This document shows positions 9,049 to 21,786 of a stretch of DNA of 64,000 nt, piece by piece. The DNA comes from an uncultured Haloferula sp. (GTDB taxonomy: Bacteria; Verrucomicrobiota; Verrucomicrobiia; Verrucomicrobiales; Akkermansiaceae). The notes under the pieces are model-generated. The model ran no database searches, was not told the DNA's origin, and worked only from the letters and a program-made list of their open reading frames with translations. Position 1 is the stretch's first letter. Each line of letters opens with the position of its first letter. Where the stretch lies: the NCBI GenBank assembly GCA_965652295.1, contig CBFGTS010000005.1, forward strand, positions 32,001 through 96,000. Reading direction: 5' to 3'. Position numbers and translations under genes: made by a program.

Positions 9049-9777
9049 TCAGTCGAAGCGGCGGTGCTCGAAGCGGAGGGTGCGGCATTCCTGGGTGACG
9101 GAGTTCACCATCTCGGGCGGGACTCCACCGGGGCATTTGGCGTCGATCGTGAGGGTGACCGCGACATCCGCACCGTGGAGCGCCAGGAGCTGGGAGATCA
9201 CCTGCTCCTCAATGCGGCTGGCATCAAAGGCCAGACGGGTCTCATCGAGCCTCACACTGCCTTGAAAACGGGTGGGCATTCGCGGCGTGCCGGCCGCTGG
9301 CGGCGGCGGTGAAGACGGGACGAACGGCAAGGGGTTCGCCGGCGCAGAAGCCAGCGGGGGAGGTGACGCCGCGAGGGCTGGAGGACGCGGTGGCGGTGGC
9401 GGTTGCCTGACGAATTTGCTGACTTTTTCCACCAGCTCATCCGGACTGAACGGCTTGGTCAGGTAATCGGCGACGCCGTATTCCTGCGCGCGGATCTTGT
9501 CGGTTTCGCCCTTCTGGGATGTGAGCATGATGACGGGGATGCCCGTGAGAGCCGGACGCCGGTGCCATTCCCAGAGGACGCCGGGGCCGTCGAGCTCGGG
9601 CATCAGACTGTCGAGAATCAGGACGCGGGGCGGGTTTTTCTCGGCCATTTCCAAGGCTTGGCGTCCGTTGTAGGCGGATTCGAGGGTAAAGCCCGCCACT
9701 CTGAGAAAATGCTCCACTACGCCGTGGATGATCTTGTCATCATCGGCCATAAGCACCCGGATTGGATTTTCCTTCAT
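9049..9777 (-). CDS. Response regulator receiver with Pro-rich linker and a C-terminal domain resembling the DUF499 ATPase C-terminus
   Basis: VLMADDD, LILDSLMP, MLTS and YLTKPF receiver motifs. Tail RFQGSVRLD..RLAFDASRI.EQVI..L...GADV.VTLTIDA..P.GVP...V..V...CRTL.F. Confidence 0.85.
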   Translation of the reverse strand: MKENPIRVLMADDDKIIHGVVEHFLRVAGFTLESAYNGRQALEMAEKNPPRVLILDSLMPELDGPGVLWEWHRRPALTGIPVIMLTSQKGETDKIRAQEYGVADYLTKPFSPDELVEKVSKFVRQPPPPPRPPALAASPPPLASAPANPLPFVPSSPPPPAAGTPRMPTRFQGSVRLDETRLAFDASRIEEQVISQLLALHGADVAVTLTIDAKCPGGVPPEMVNSVTQECRTLRFEHRRFD

Positions 9778-9896
9778 TGATACCCCCCATACGGACATCA
9801 GGCTTGCCTTTCAAGGTCTTTTGGTATTTTCGATTTCTTGATTATCGAACTTGAGTGGGTGCGCGTTGACCGGCTCGAAGCCGATTGCCACCATTC

Positions 9897-12800
9897 ATGA
9901 TGCGTGAAGCTGATGTCCCAGATCAAGCGACGGAGGAAAGTCCGCCGCCGGTGCGTTCATTGAAACGCAAGGTGCTGGTCCCACTGATCGCGATCGGCTC
10001 GGCGGTGGCGTTGGTGACCTTGTGGGGGATTCATGAAGCGGCCCACCGGCAGTTGCTGGAAGAGCTGGACCAGCGGTCCGAACTGATCGCCAACTCGGTG
10101 AAACAGGCGGCGGACACTTCGTCCGACGCCGCCGAACTCCAGCGGCTCGTCACGGCGCTTGGAGCCCACGAGGAGGTCCGCCTGATCCTGGTCACCGGTG
10201 GCAGCCCACCGCAGGTGGTTGCGACGACGCGGCCCGGGTGGCTCGGCATGGCGGTCGATGACCTCCCGCCGGAGAGCTTGCCGGACGATTTTGTGAACGC
10301 GGGGGCCTCACAGGAAGCACGGCAGCACCTCGGCGCGGGGGCTTTCAGCACGACGAGGACGCTGGAGGGTGGAGCCGGGACGACCGGCGATCCGGTGGTG
10401 ATGGTGTCGCTCGATCCCCGCCCCACCTACCTTGAGATCCGCCGTTTCGTGACCCGGATGAGCCTCGGTTTGCTGGCGGTGCTCGCAGCGCTGGCGGCGG
10501 TGGGGTTCTGGTTGTTGAGCCAACATGTGCTGGTTCCGGTCAGGAGTCTCCGCAAATTCATCGAACACCGGCAAGATGATGGGGAACGGTACTGGTCCAA
10601 GGCGGCGACGCATGACGAGCTGGGACTGTTGGCGCGGACCTTGAGGGACTCACTGGAGCGGACGGATGCGGCGCTGAACGACCTGAAGAACTACAAAACC
10701 GCATTGGACGCTCACGGGATTGTCTCGGTGATCGATCTGCACGGCCGGATCACCCACGCCAATGATCATCTGTGCGAGATCAGCGGGTATTCCCGGGAGG
10801 AGCTGCTGGGGGAAAGTTCCCGGATTTTTTATTCAGGCCACCATCCGAAGGAGTTCTTCAGCGAAATGTGGTCTACGATTTCGGAGGGCGGGGTGTGGGA
10901 TGGCGAGATTTGTGACCGGGCCAAGGACGGCACGCTCTATTGGACGACGACGACGCTGGTGCCGATGGTGGGACCCGACGGAGTCGCGCGGCAGTTCATC
11001 GGCATCGCCAAGGACATCACCGAGCGCAAGCGGATGGAACAGGAGCTCGCCTGCGAACGGGATCTGCTGCGGAACCTGCTGGAGCATTTCCCGGATGTGA
11101 TCTACTTCAAGGACCTCCACTCGCGCTTCACACGGGTGGGTCGGGCCTACGGAGAGCGGCTCGGCCTCGACGATATCAACGAGCTGGTGGGGAAGACGGA
11201 TGCTCATCTTTTTACCGAGGAGCACGCCCGAGCCGCCTTCGAGGACGAGCAGCGGATCATCCGCACCGGAGAGCCGGTGCTGAACCGTGTCGAGAAGGAA
11301 GAATGGAAAGGGGAGGCGGGTCGCATCACCTGGGCGCTCAGCACCAAGCTGGCCCTGCGGGACAAGGACGGGACGATCATCGGAACCTTCGGGATTTCCA
11401 AGGACATCACCGCCATCAAGGAGGCGGAGCTGGAGCTGGAGCAGGTGAACCGCAGAATGCTGGAGGCCCATCAGGAGCTGAAGGCCAGCGAACAGCGCTT
11501 CCGAACGCTGAGCGCGACCGCGCCGGTCGGGATTTTCGAAGCTGACCGCGAAGGGATCTGGACCTATGTCAATTCTTGGTGGGAGGTGATCTCCGGGCGG
11601 ACGCTGGACGAAGCGGCCGACGACGGTTGGCGGCGGATGGTGCATCCGGAGGACGAGTCGCGGGTCTACGCCGGATGGCGAGCGGCCATCGACGCGGCCG
11701 GGGAGTTCGACAGCGAGTTCCGCTACCGGCGGCCGAGCGGCGAAATCCGGTGGGTCCACGCGCGCAGCGTGCCGATCCGCTCGGAGGAGGGCGAGCTGGC
11801 CGGATTCGTGGGGACGGTGAAAGACATCACCGCCCAGAAGCTCGTGGAAAACGAGCTGCGCGCGTCGGAGACGAGATTCCGCTCGGTCACCCAGTCGTGC
11901 CACGACGCGATCATCTCGGTCGATGGCGACGGCAAGATCGTATTTTGGAACCGCGGGGCGACGACCACCTTCGGCCACCGCGAGGAAGAGATCGTCGGGA
12001 AACACCTCGAGGCCCTGGTCCCGGAGCGTTTCCGCCAGCTTTGCCGGGACGGGCTGGCCGATGTGCGCGCCGGAGACGAACGCGGGCTGCTCGGGAAGAC
12101 GATCGAGTTCACCGGGCTGCGGATGGATGGCAGCGAGTTCCCGGGCGACTTCTCGCTTTCGACATGGAGCAGTGACGAAGGCGTATTCTACACCGGGATC
12201 GTCCGTGATATCACCAGCCGGAAGCGGACGGAGCGGGCTTTGCTGGAGGCCAAGGAAGAAGCGGAGCAGGCGAGCCGGACGAAGAGCGATTTCCTGGCCA
12301 ACATGAGCCACGAAATCCGGACTCCGATGAACGGAATCCTCGGCATGACCGGTCTGGCTTTGGAAACCGAGCTGACTCGCGAGCAGCGCGAATACCTGAC
12401 GATGACCCGCAGCTCCGCGGAGTCCCTGCTGCGTCTGATCAATGACATTCTCGACTTTTCCAAGATCGAGGCGGGCAAGCTCGAGCTTGAAACGATCGGA
12501 TTCAGTTTGCGCGATTGTATCGGTGACACACTGAAGCCGCTGGGACTGCGCGCCGACCAGAAGGGGGTCGAGCTGACCGCTCGCATTCCACCCGAGGTGC
12601 CGGATCAGGTGCTCGGCGATCCGATGCGGCTGCGGCAGATCCTTGTCAACCTGACCGAGAACGCGATCAAGTTCACGCCGGAGGGGGATGTGATGGTGCG
12701 TGTCTCGATGGATGCTCCGGCCGACAACGGGCATGAACCGATGTTCCACTTTTCCGTCTCGGATACCGGCATCGGTATCCCGGCAGAGAAGCAAGCGTTG

Positions 12801-14189
12801 ATCTTCGAGGCCTTTTCCCAAGCGGACGGGACCACCACCCGGCACTTCGGTGGGACCGGTCTCGGGCTCGCGATTTCCTCCGAGCTGGTTCGGAAGATGA
12901 AAGGCGAGATATGGGTCGAGAGCGAGGTCGGCCGTGGCACCACGTTCCATTTCACCGCCCGACTTTCAATCCAGGACGAGGGCGCGGAGAGCGCCGTCGA
13001 GACCGGTCCCAATTTGGAAGGGATGCGGGTGCTGGTGGTGGACGATCACCGGGAAAGCCGCCAAATCGTGGGAGAGATGCTGGCCAACTGGCGGCTGGCC
13101 CCGGTACTGGCGGCCGATGGCGAGCATGCCCTGGAGGAAATGAAAAGGGCTGCGGATGAAGGCCGGCCGTTCGGCCTAGTGATCATCGACGGGGTGATGC
13201 CGGAAATGGACGGGTTCGCGCTGGTCGAGAGGGTCCGCCGGGAGTCCGCGCTGGGTGGGGCGATCGTGATGGTTCTGGCGCCGGCCATGCCCGCCGGTGT
13301 CGGGCAGCGCTGCCACGATCTCGGAATCGCGGCGATGGTGACCAAACCCGTGGCCCAGTCGGAGCTGCTCGATGCGATCCTGGTGGCGGTTGACGGCGGA
13401 AAGACCTCTCCCGCGAGCAAATCGCCCGCGCCATCGGCACCCGACAGCGCGGCCGGATTGCGGATCCTCCTCGCGGAAGACAATGTGATCAATCGCGCCG
13501 TGGTCACCGGCATGCTGGAGAAAGATGGCCATGTGCTGATTCATGCCACCAACGGTCGGGAAGCCGTGGAGATTGCCAGTTCCGATCCGGAGATCGACGT
13601 GATCCTGATGGACGTGCAAATGCCCGAAATGGACGGACTGGAAGCCACCCGGCGGATCCGCGGGCTGGAGCAGGCCGGCGCACGGCATATCCCGATCGTC
13701 GCGATGACCGCCCATGCGATGGCCGGCGATCGCGAACGCTGTCTGGAAGCCGGCGTTGATGAGTACCTCGCCAAGCCGGTGCGGAAGGAAAGCTTGCTCA
13801 ATGTGCTGGCCGGCATCAGCGGAACAGGTGGGGTTTCCAGTGCCACGGCGGAAGATCCGTCGGCGGCTTTCACCCGCGCCAGCCTGCTGGCAAAGTTTGA
13901 CGAAAACGAAGAGCTGGTGTCCCACCTCGCCGGGTTGTTCATGGAGAACACGCCACGGCTGATGGATGATCTCCGCGAGGCCATCGCCGCAGGGGATCCG
14001 CCCGCGCTCTACCGCACGGCTCATGCGCTGCTCAGCTCGCTCGGCGCTTTCGGAGCGGACGAGGCCCATCGGATCGCCCGCGAACTGGAGGAACTCGGAC
14101 GATCGGGATCGGTCTCAGGCGCGGAAAAGCTCTTCGCCGCCCTCGAAGGAGAGGTGGCGACGATCTATCGGGCGCTCAAGCCGGACTGA
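9897..14189 (+). CDS. Hybrid sensor histidine kinase (TM/HAMP, 4 PAS, HisKA, HATPase, 2 REC, HPt)
   Basis: FLANMSHEIRTPMNG, NAIKFT, DTGIG and GGTGLGL motifs, two receiver domains and a terminal AHALLSS HPt. Confidence 0.95.
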   Translation: MMREADVPDQATEESPPPVRSLKRKVLVPLIAIGSAVALVTLWGIHEAAHRQLLEELDQRSELIANSVKQAADTSSDAAELQRLVTALGAHEEVRLILVTGGSPPQVVATTRPGWLGMAVDDLPPESLPDDFVNAGASQEARQHLGAGAFSTTRTLEGGAGTTGDPVVMVSLDPRPTYLEIRRFVTRMSLGLLAVLAALAAVGFWLLSQHVLVPVRSLRKFIEHRQDDGERYWSKAATHDELGLLARTLRDSLERTDAALNDLKNYKTALDAHGIVSVIDLHGRITHANDHLCEISGYSREELLGESSRIFYSGHHPKEFFSEMWSTISEGGVWDGEICDRAKDGTLYWTTTTLVPMVGPDGVARQFIGIAKDITERKRMEQELACERDLLRNLLEHFPDVIYFKDLHSRFTRVGRAYGERLGLDDINELVGKTDAHLFTEEHARAAFEDEQRIIRTGEPVLNRVEKEEWKGEAGRITWALSTKLALRDKDGTIIGTFGISKDITAIKEAELELEQVNRRMLEAHQELKASEQRFRTLSATAPVGIFEADREGIWTYVNSWWEVISGRTLDEAADDGWRRMVHPEDESRVYAGWRAAIDAAGEFDSEFRYRRPSGEIRWVHARSVPIRSEEGELAGFVGTVKDITAQKLVENELRASETRFRSVTQSCHDAIISVDGDGKIVFWNRGATTTFGHREEEIVGKHLEALVPERFRQLCRDGLADVRAGDERGLLGKTIEFTGLRMDGSEFPGDFSLSTWSSDEGVFYTGIVRDITSRKRTERALLEAKEEAEQASRTKSDFLANMSHEIRTPMNGILGMTGLALETELTREQREYLTMTRSSAESLLRLINDILDFSKIEAGKLELETIGFSLRDCIGDTLKPLGLRADQKGVELTARIPPEVPDQVLGDPMRLRQILVNLTENAIKFTPEGDVMVRVSMDAPADNGHEPMFHFSVSDTGIGIPAEKQALIFEAFSQADGTTTRHFGGTGLGLAISSELVRKMKGEIWVESEVGRGTTFHFTARLSIQDEGAESAVETGPNLEGMRVLVVDDHRESRQIVGEMLANWRLAPVLAADGEHALEEMKRAADEGRPFGLVIIDGVMPEMDGFALVERVRRESALGGAIVMVLAPAMPAGVGQRCHDLGIAAMVTKPVAQSELLDAILVAVDGGKTSPASKSPAPSAPDSAAGLRILLAEDNVINRAVVTGMLEKDGHVLIHATNGREAVEIASSDPEIDVILMDVQMPEMDGLEATRRIRGLEQAGARHIPIVAMTAHAMAGDRERCLEAGVDEYLAKPVRKESLLNVLAGISGTGGVSSATAEDPSAAFTRASLLAKFDENEELVSHLAGLFMENTPRLMDDLREAIAAGDPPALYRTAHALLSSLGAFGADEAHRIARELEELGRSGSVSGAEKLFAALEGEVATIYRALKPD

Positions 14190-15405
14190 CCGCCGCCGGT
14201 TCCTTCTTATAGACGTCCGAACGGATCAGAATCATCCCTGCGGCCGCGAGACCCGTCACTCCGCACAAGAGCCACAACATCTCCGGGCTGCGGGCGAAAA
14301 CCCAGAGTCCGATCATCGGACCCACGCCGATCGCCGTGTTCCAGCTGAAGCCGAGCACGCCCATGTAGCGGCCCCGCATGCTCTCGGGTGCGAGATTCGC
14401 GACGTAGCTGCTACTGATGGGCATGGCGATCATTTCGCCGATCGTCAGCACCACGATCGATGTGATCAACATCGCCGGCCCTGCACCAAAAGCCAGCAAA
14501 GCGAGACCGAGTCCGGTCAGGGCGTAGCCGAAAGCCATCGCCCGTTGCGGATCCAGACACCGCGTCCAGTTCGTCAGCGGGAGTTCCAGGAAAACGATCA
14601 TGATCCCGTTGAGCCCCAGCAGAAAACCAAATGCCCGTTCGTCGAGGCCCGAATGTTCCGTGACCTGGAGCCCCAGCGTGCTGCTCGTCTGCCAGAAAAC
14701 GATCGCCACCAGAAACGACGCGACCGTCGCCCGGATGAACGCCCCGTTCCTCCGGATCGAGGACAGCGCCGGCCCCCAGCCCGCGGCCGACGTGGCTTTC
14801 GTTCCGATCCCACGGGCCAGTCCGAAAAGGATAATGAACCCCAGGACTGCCGTTGTTCCGGCATCCACGATGAACAGCCAGAAAAACGACGACGCGGCGA
14901 CGAGCCCCGCCGTCATCATGCCCAGCGCGAACGCCAGATTGATGGTGAATCGCTGCACCCCGAACGCCCGCACCCGAAGGTCCCTGCCGATCAGATCCGC
15001 GACCAGCGAACTACTGGCAGGATAGTACAAACAGGTCATCAGCCCCGAGAGGAAAGCTCCCGAAACAAACGCGAACTCCGTCCGTGCGATGCTCAGCAAC
15101 AGCATCGTCGCCGCAGCTCCGAAGCAGGAGATCAGCAACGTTGGTTTCCGTCCGATCTTGTCCGCGAGGTACCCGCCGAGGATCGAGGCGCAGAAGCCGC
15201 CCGCGCCATAGGCGGCGAGCGCGTAGCCAGTCACCGACGGCGTGAAACCGAGCTGGCGCAGATAGATCGCCAGGAATGGAATCACGAAATGTCCGAACCG
15301 ATTGATGAACGTGCCTGCCATCAGAAGATAGAAGGGTTTCGGCAATCGTTTCAGATCGGCGGCCAGGCTTGTTCTGGTCGTGGACGGCGTGTCGTTGGTG
15401 CTCAT
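14176..15405 (-). CDS. MFS transporter (drug:H+ antiporter-like, about 12 TM)
   Basis: Motif A GYLADKIGRKP and APESMRGRYMG in the C-terminal half. Confidence 0.92.
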   Translation of the reverse strand: MSTNDTPSTTRTSLAADLKRLPKPFYLLMAGTFINRFGHFVIPFLAIYLRQLGFTPSVTGYALAAYGAGGFCASILGGYLADKIGRKPTLLISCFGAAATMLLLSIARTEFAFVSGAFLSGLMTCLYYPASSSLVADLIGRDLRVRAFGVQRFTINLAFALGMMTAGLVAASSFFWLFIVDAGTTAVLGFIILFGLARGIGTKATSAAGWGPALSSIRRNGAFIRATVASFLVAIVFWQTSSTLGLQVTEHSGLDERAFGFLLGLNGIMIVFLELPLTNWTRCLDPQRAMAFGYALTGLGLALLAFGAGPAMLITSIVVLTIGEMIAMPISSSYVANLAPESMRGRYMGVLGFSWNTAIGVGPMIGLWVFARSPEMLWLLCGVTGLAAAGMILIRSDVYKKEPAAVSPA

Positions 15406-15414
15406 TTCCGTGCG

Positions 15415-15450
15415 AAAACAAAAAACCCGCTCACCTGGTGGGGTGGCGGG
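15415..15450 (-). terminator. Intrinsic terminator in the MFS 5' leader (attenuator)
   Basis: On the minus strand CCCGCCACC-loop-GGTGAGCGGG is followed by TTTTTTGTTTT, ending about 10 nt before the MFS ATG. Confidence 0.7.
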
Positions 15451-15482
15451 GCTCATGAAATAGAAGATCTGCTTCTATCAGG

Positions 15483-15629
15483 TCAGGTCGGAAGGACCTG
15501 TCGTTCACGATGCCCCGCGCTGGGAATGAGGTGGAGATAACCTCGGACGGTCATCTTCAGCCACGATGGCGCGCCCTCATCTCCGCGAAGGCGGGAGATG
15601 GAATGGAAGCGCTGAGACATGGCGGACAT
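15483..15629 (-). CDS. Putative 48-aa leader peptide (uORF) of the MFS gene
   Basis: MSAMSQRFHSISRLRGDEGAPSWLKMTVRGYLHLIPSAGHRERQVLPT*, located between a TTGACC -35-like site (15662-15667) and the leader terminator. Confidence 0.4.
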   Translation of the reverse strand: MSAMSQRFHSISRLRGDEGAPSWLKMTVRGYLHLIPSAGHRERQVLPT

Positions 15630-15746
15630 CGGAAGCGGGAGAATGATACGGAAACCGGCAGGGTCAATCTAAAACGCGATTCCGGACGAGGTCATCATGG
15701 ACTGCGCGCCCGGCCCACCCGCGGGATCGTCTGTTACGGCAGCTCC

Positions 15747-16751
15747 TCACCTCTCCTCCGCCACCACTGCCTTTGCCTCGCTCCATTTCATGTGATGAGA
15801 ACGCATGGCCCACCAGCCAGCGGGCAACAGGATCGCCGCCTGCACGGCGTGCATGACCAGTGAATAACCCAGTGCCTCCTCTTTCCCCACACCATACAGC
15901 GCCAGCGCGGCGATGCATCCGGCCTGGAAGGTGCCGAGGAAGCCGGGCGGCCCTGGCGCGGCCACCGCCAATGCCACCAACACCATCACCGCCAGGCCAG
16001 CTTGCGGAGGAGCATCGAGTCCCATCATTGGCAGGCCGGCCGCATACATCCCCGCGAAAATCCCCCACACCCCCAGTGTTCCTCCCACCGCCAGCAGCCA
16101 GCGGCCGGGGGATCTCACGGCTCCGACACCTTCCAAAATTCCGCCCGCGAGGTGACCAAGCGCCGCCCGCCATTTAGGAGAACCCGGGCCCGTCGGAAAC
16201 CACGAGGCACACCAACGTTCGAAGGTTTTCCGCAGCACATACACCGCCGCCAGACCGACGATCCCCGCCAGGGCCATCACTCCGAGCCCGCGCGCTCCCG
16301 CCGCCAACCAGTCCGGCACCGCTTCCGCTCCCGCCACAACCCAGGCCAGCGCGCCGATCACCGTCACCGCGTCGAGCACCCGCTCGACCACCAGGCTGCC
16401 GAGCGCCGGCGCGAAACGCAGCCCGCCCCACCGCCCGATCATCCACGCCCGTGCCAGTTCGCCGGCACGCAGCGGCATGACAAAGGCCACCATGAACCCT
16501 CCGAAGCTTGCTCCGAGCCGGGCTCCGAAATCGACACGCTTCGGCAGCAACAGACCCCATCTCCAAGCCCGCAGCCAGAAGCTCGCAAGATAAAGGAGCG
16601 CCACCACCGCCAGCCATGGCCACCGCAGATCCGCGATGGCCTCGGCCAGCCGACGGAAATCCATCTGCCGCAGCATCCACACCGCACCTCCGACCAGCGC
16701 GAGCGCCACCACGCCCGCCCCCCACCGTTGACCTTTCGACGCCCCGCTCAC
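15747..16751 (-). CDS. Lysylphosphatidylglycerol synthase TM domain / flippase-like protein (UPF0104)
   Basis: LRAWRW, MPLRAGELAR, LVVERVLD and APGPPGFLGTFQ motifs. GTG start inferred. Confidence 0.85.
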   Translation of the reverse strand: MSGASKGQRWGAGVVALALVGGAVWMLRQMDFRRLAEAIADLRWPWLAVVALLYLASFWLRAWRWGLLLPKRVDFGARLGASFGGFMVAFVMPLRAGELARAWMIGRWGGLRFAPALGSLVVERVLDAVTVIGALAWVVAGAEAVPDWLAAGARGLGVMALAGIVGLAAVYVLRKTFERWCASWFPTGPGSPKWRAALGHLAGGILEGVGAVRSPGRWLLAVGGTLGVWGIFAGMYAAGLPMMGLDAPPQAGLAVMVLVALAVAAPGPPGFLGTFQAGCIAALALYGVGKEEALGYSLVMHAVQAAILLPAGWWAMRSHHMKWSEAKAVVAEER

Positions 16752-16845
16752 GTGCGGTACTCTCCGCCTTTTCCCACCAGCCTCACAAGCGGGAAGCAAC
16801 ATGGCCCGCCGGCGGTGATGCCGGCGGGCCATGAGAGTTCCGTTC

Positions 16846-20036
<3,191 letters not shown>

Positions 20037-20053
20037 GGTGGGGAGGCCGGCTT

Positions 20054-20902
20054 TCAGGTTTTGAAATCACGGAGCTGGAAGGCCAGCAGGCCGATGACGA
20101 AAAAGGTGACATCAAGGCCACCAAGGAAGGCGTAGGCTTCGGCGAGCTTCGGCCAGGAGATGTCCATCTCGAAAAGATACACCCAGCAACTCATCCGCCA
20201 GGTGATGAACCAATGCTCGAAGGGCTGGAAGAAAGGGAAGTTCTGCAGGATCATGTCCACGAACAGGATCGCCAGCGTGAGAATGGTCGCCGCGGCCGGT
20301 TTGATGCGGAAGCAGGAGAACATGAACGCCAGCGTCGAGAGCGTGATCATGCTCACCCCGATGCCCGCCGCGCCGAGCGCGATGCGGGTGATGCCCTCGC
20401 CCCACTCGGGATAGACGGCGAACACCTTCATCTTCGGCTCGGCGATGAAGAGCCCACCCTCCCAGCCGACGGCGATGACCGCCATCAGGTAGCCGGTGAT
20501 GCCGACGAAGAACACGAAGGAGAAGGTGTAAAGCGCGGTGGCGGTCCATTTCACCAGCAGCAGCCGGGCGCGGGAGATCGGCCGGGAAAGTACCAGCCGC
20601 AGGTTGCCATCCTCGGTTTCCTTCGCCACCACATCCCCCGCCACCAGGGCGAAGAAGATCGAGCCGAGCAGGAACATGCTCAGCAGCATGACCATGAAGG
20701 TGAGCGTCAGGGAGCTGAAGTAGAAGTCGGACTCGTAGCCGTTCCGCTCCATCAATTTCCGCATGTAGAGCTGGCCGTCGCTCAGGCGATAGACCAGCAC
20801 AATGATCAACTCCATGATGAGGAACGCGCCGTAACCCATGTAGGTCCGCGGGCGGGCGAAAAGCTTGCGAAGTTCGCCGCGAAGTTGTCGGAGAAACATC
20901 AT
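20054..20902 (-). CDS. ABC-2 type transporter permease
   Basis: ETEDGNLRLVLSRPISRARLLLVKW motif and about 6 TM. Confidence 0.9.
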   Translation of the reverse strand: MMFLRQLRGELRKLFARPRTYMGYGAFLIMELIIVLVYRLSDGQLYMRKLMERNGYESDFYFSSLTLTFMVMLLSMFLLGSIFFALVAGDVVAKETEDGNLRLVLSRPISRARLLLVKWTATALYTFSFVFFVGITGYLMAVIAVGWEGGLFIAEPKMKVFAVYPEWGEGITRIALGAAGIGVSMITLSTLAFMFSCFRIKPAAATILTLAILFVDMILQNFPFFQPFEHWFITWRMSCWVYLFEMDISWPKLAEAYAFLGGLDVTFFVIGLLAFQLRDFKT

Positions 20903-21786
20903 CGGGTGATTTCAAGATAAAGGTCTTCGAGCGAACGCCGGACGGGAGCAAAGGCGGAGACGCGGATGTGGAGGCCGACGAGGGCCGCCACCATGACCGC
21001 CGGATCGACCTCCTCCGGCAAGGTGATCCGGCCGGGCCGGAGCACCTTGCAGCCCTGGAGTTCGAGAAAGGGGAGAGCGGCGGCCATCGGTTCGAGGTCG
21101 ATCTCATAGATCCGCTCGTCGCCCCCGATGTCCGCCACACGGCCCTCGAAGACCCGACGGCCGGCCTTGAGGATGGCGACGCGATCGCACATCTGCTCGA
21201 CCTCGCCGAGCAGGTGGGAATTGAAGAGCACGGTCATTTTCTCGCTCTCCCGCAGCTTGAGAACGAAGTCGCGGAACCACTTGATGCCTTCGGGATCGAG
21301 GCCATCGGTCGGCTCGTCGAGCAGCAGTACACGCGGCATCGGCAGCAGCGCCTGGGCGAGCGCCAGCCGCTGGCGCATGCCGTGGGAATAGGTCCGCACC
21401 TTCGAGCGGATACGCTCGGAAAGCCCGACCATGTCGACGATCCGGGCGGCCTCGTGTGGATCGAACTTCGCCGAGTAGTTCACCAGGATCCGGAGATTCT
21501 CCCATCCACTAAGGTACTCGTAGAAGCTGGGTGCCTCGAAGATCGAGCCGACCCGCTTGAGAGCGCTGGCGCGCTCCCGCTGGACGGAAACGCCACCGAT
21601 GGTCGCCTCCCCTTCGTCGGGTGCCACCATGCCGAGGACGATGCCGAGCGTGGTGCTCTTGCCCGCGCCGTTGTGACCGAGCAGGCCGTATATTTCGCCT
21701 TCCGCGACGGAAAACGAGACGCCCTCCAGCGCCGGCTTGCCGCCGAATTTCTTGTGCAGGTTCGCCACTTCCAGCATCGTGCTCAT
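20899..21786 (-). CDS. ABC transporter ATP-binding protein
   Basis: Walker A GHNGAGKST, signature YSHGMRQR and Walker B LLLDEP. Confidence 0.95.
   Translation of the reverse strand: MSTMLEVANLHKKFGGKPALEGVSFSVAEGEIYGLLGHNGAGKSTTLGIVLGMVAPDEGEATIGGVSVQRERASALKRVGSIFEAPSFYEYLSGWENLRILVNYSAKFDPHEAARIVDMVGLSERIRSKVRTYSHGMRQRLALAQALLPMPRVLLLDEPTDGLDPEGIKWFRDFVLKLRESEKMTVLFNSHLLGEVEQMCDRVAILKAGRRVFEGRVADIGGDERIYEIDLEPMAAALPFLELQGCKVLRPGRITLPEEVDPAVMVAALVGLHIRVSAFAPVRRSLEDLYLEITR

Noticed and set aside
9272..9410. GC-rich low-complexity tract
   Set aside because: Simply encodes the Pro/Ala linker of the response regulator.
10833..12950. 705-aa minus-strand ORF
   Set aside because: Shadow of the hybrid histidine kinase.
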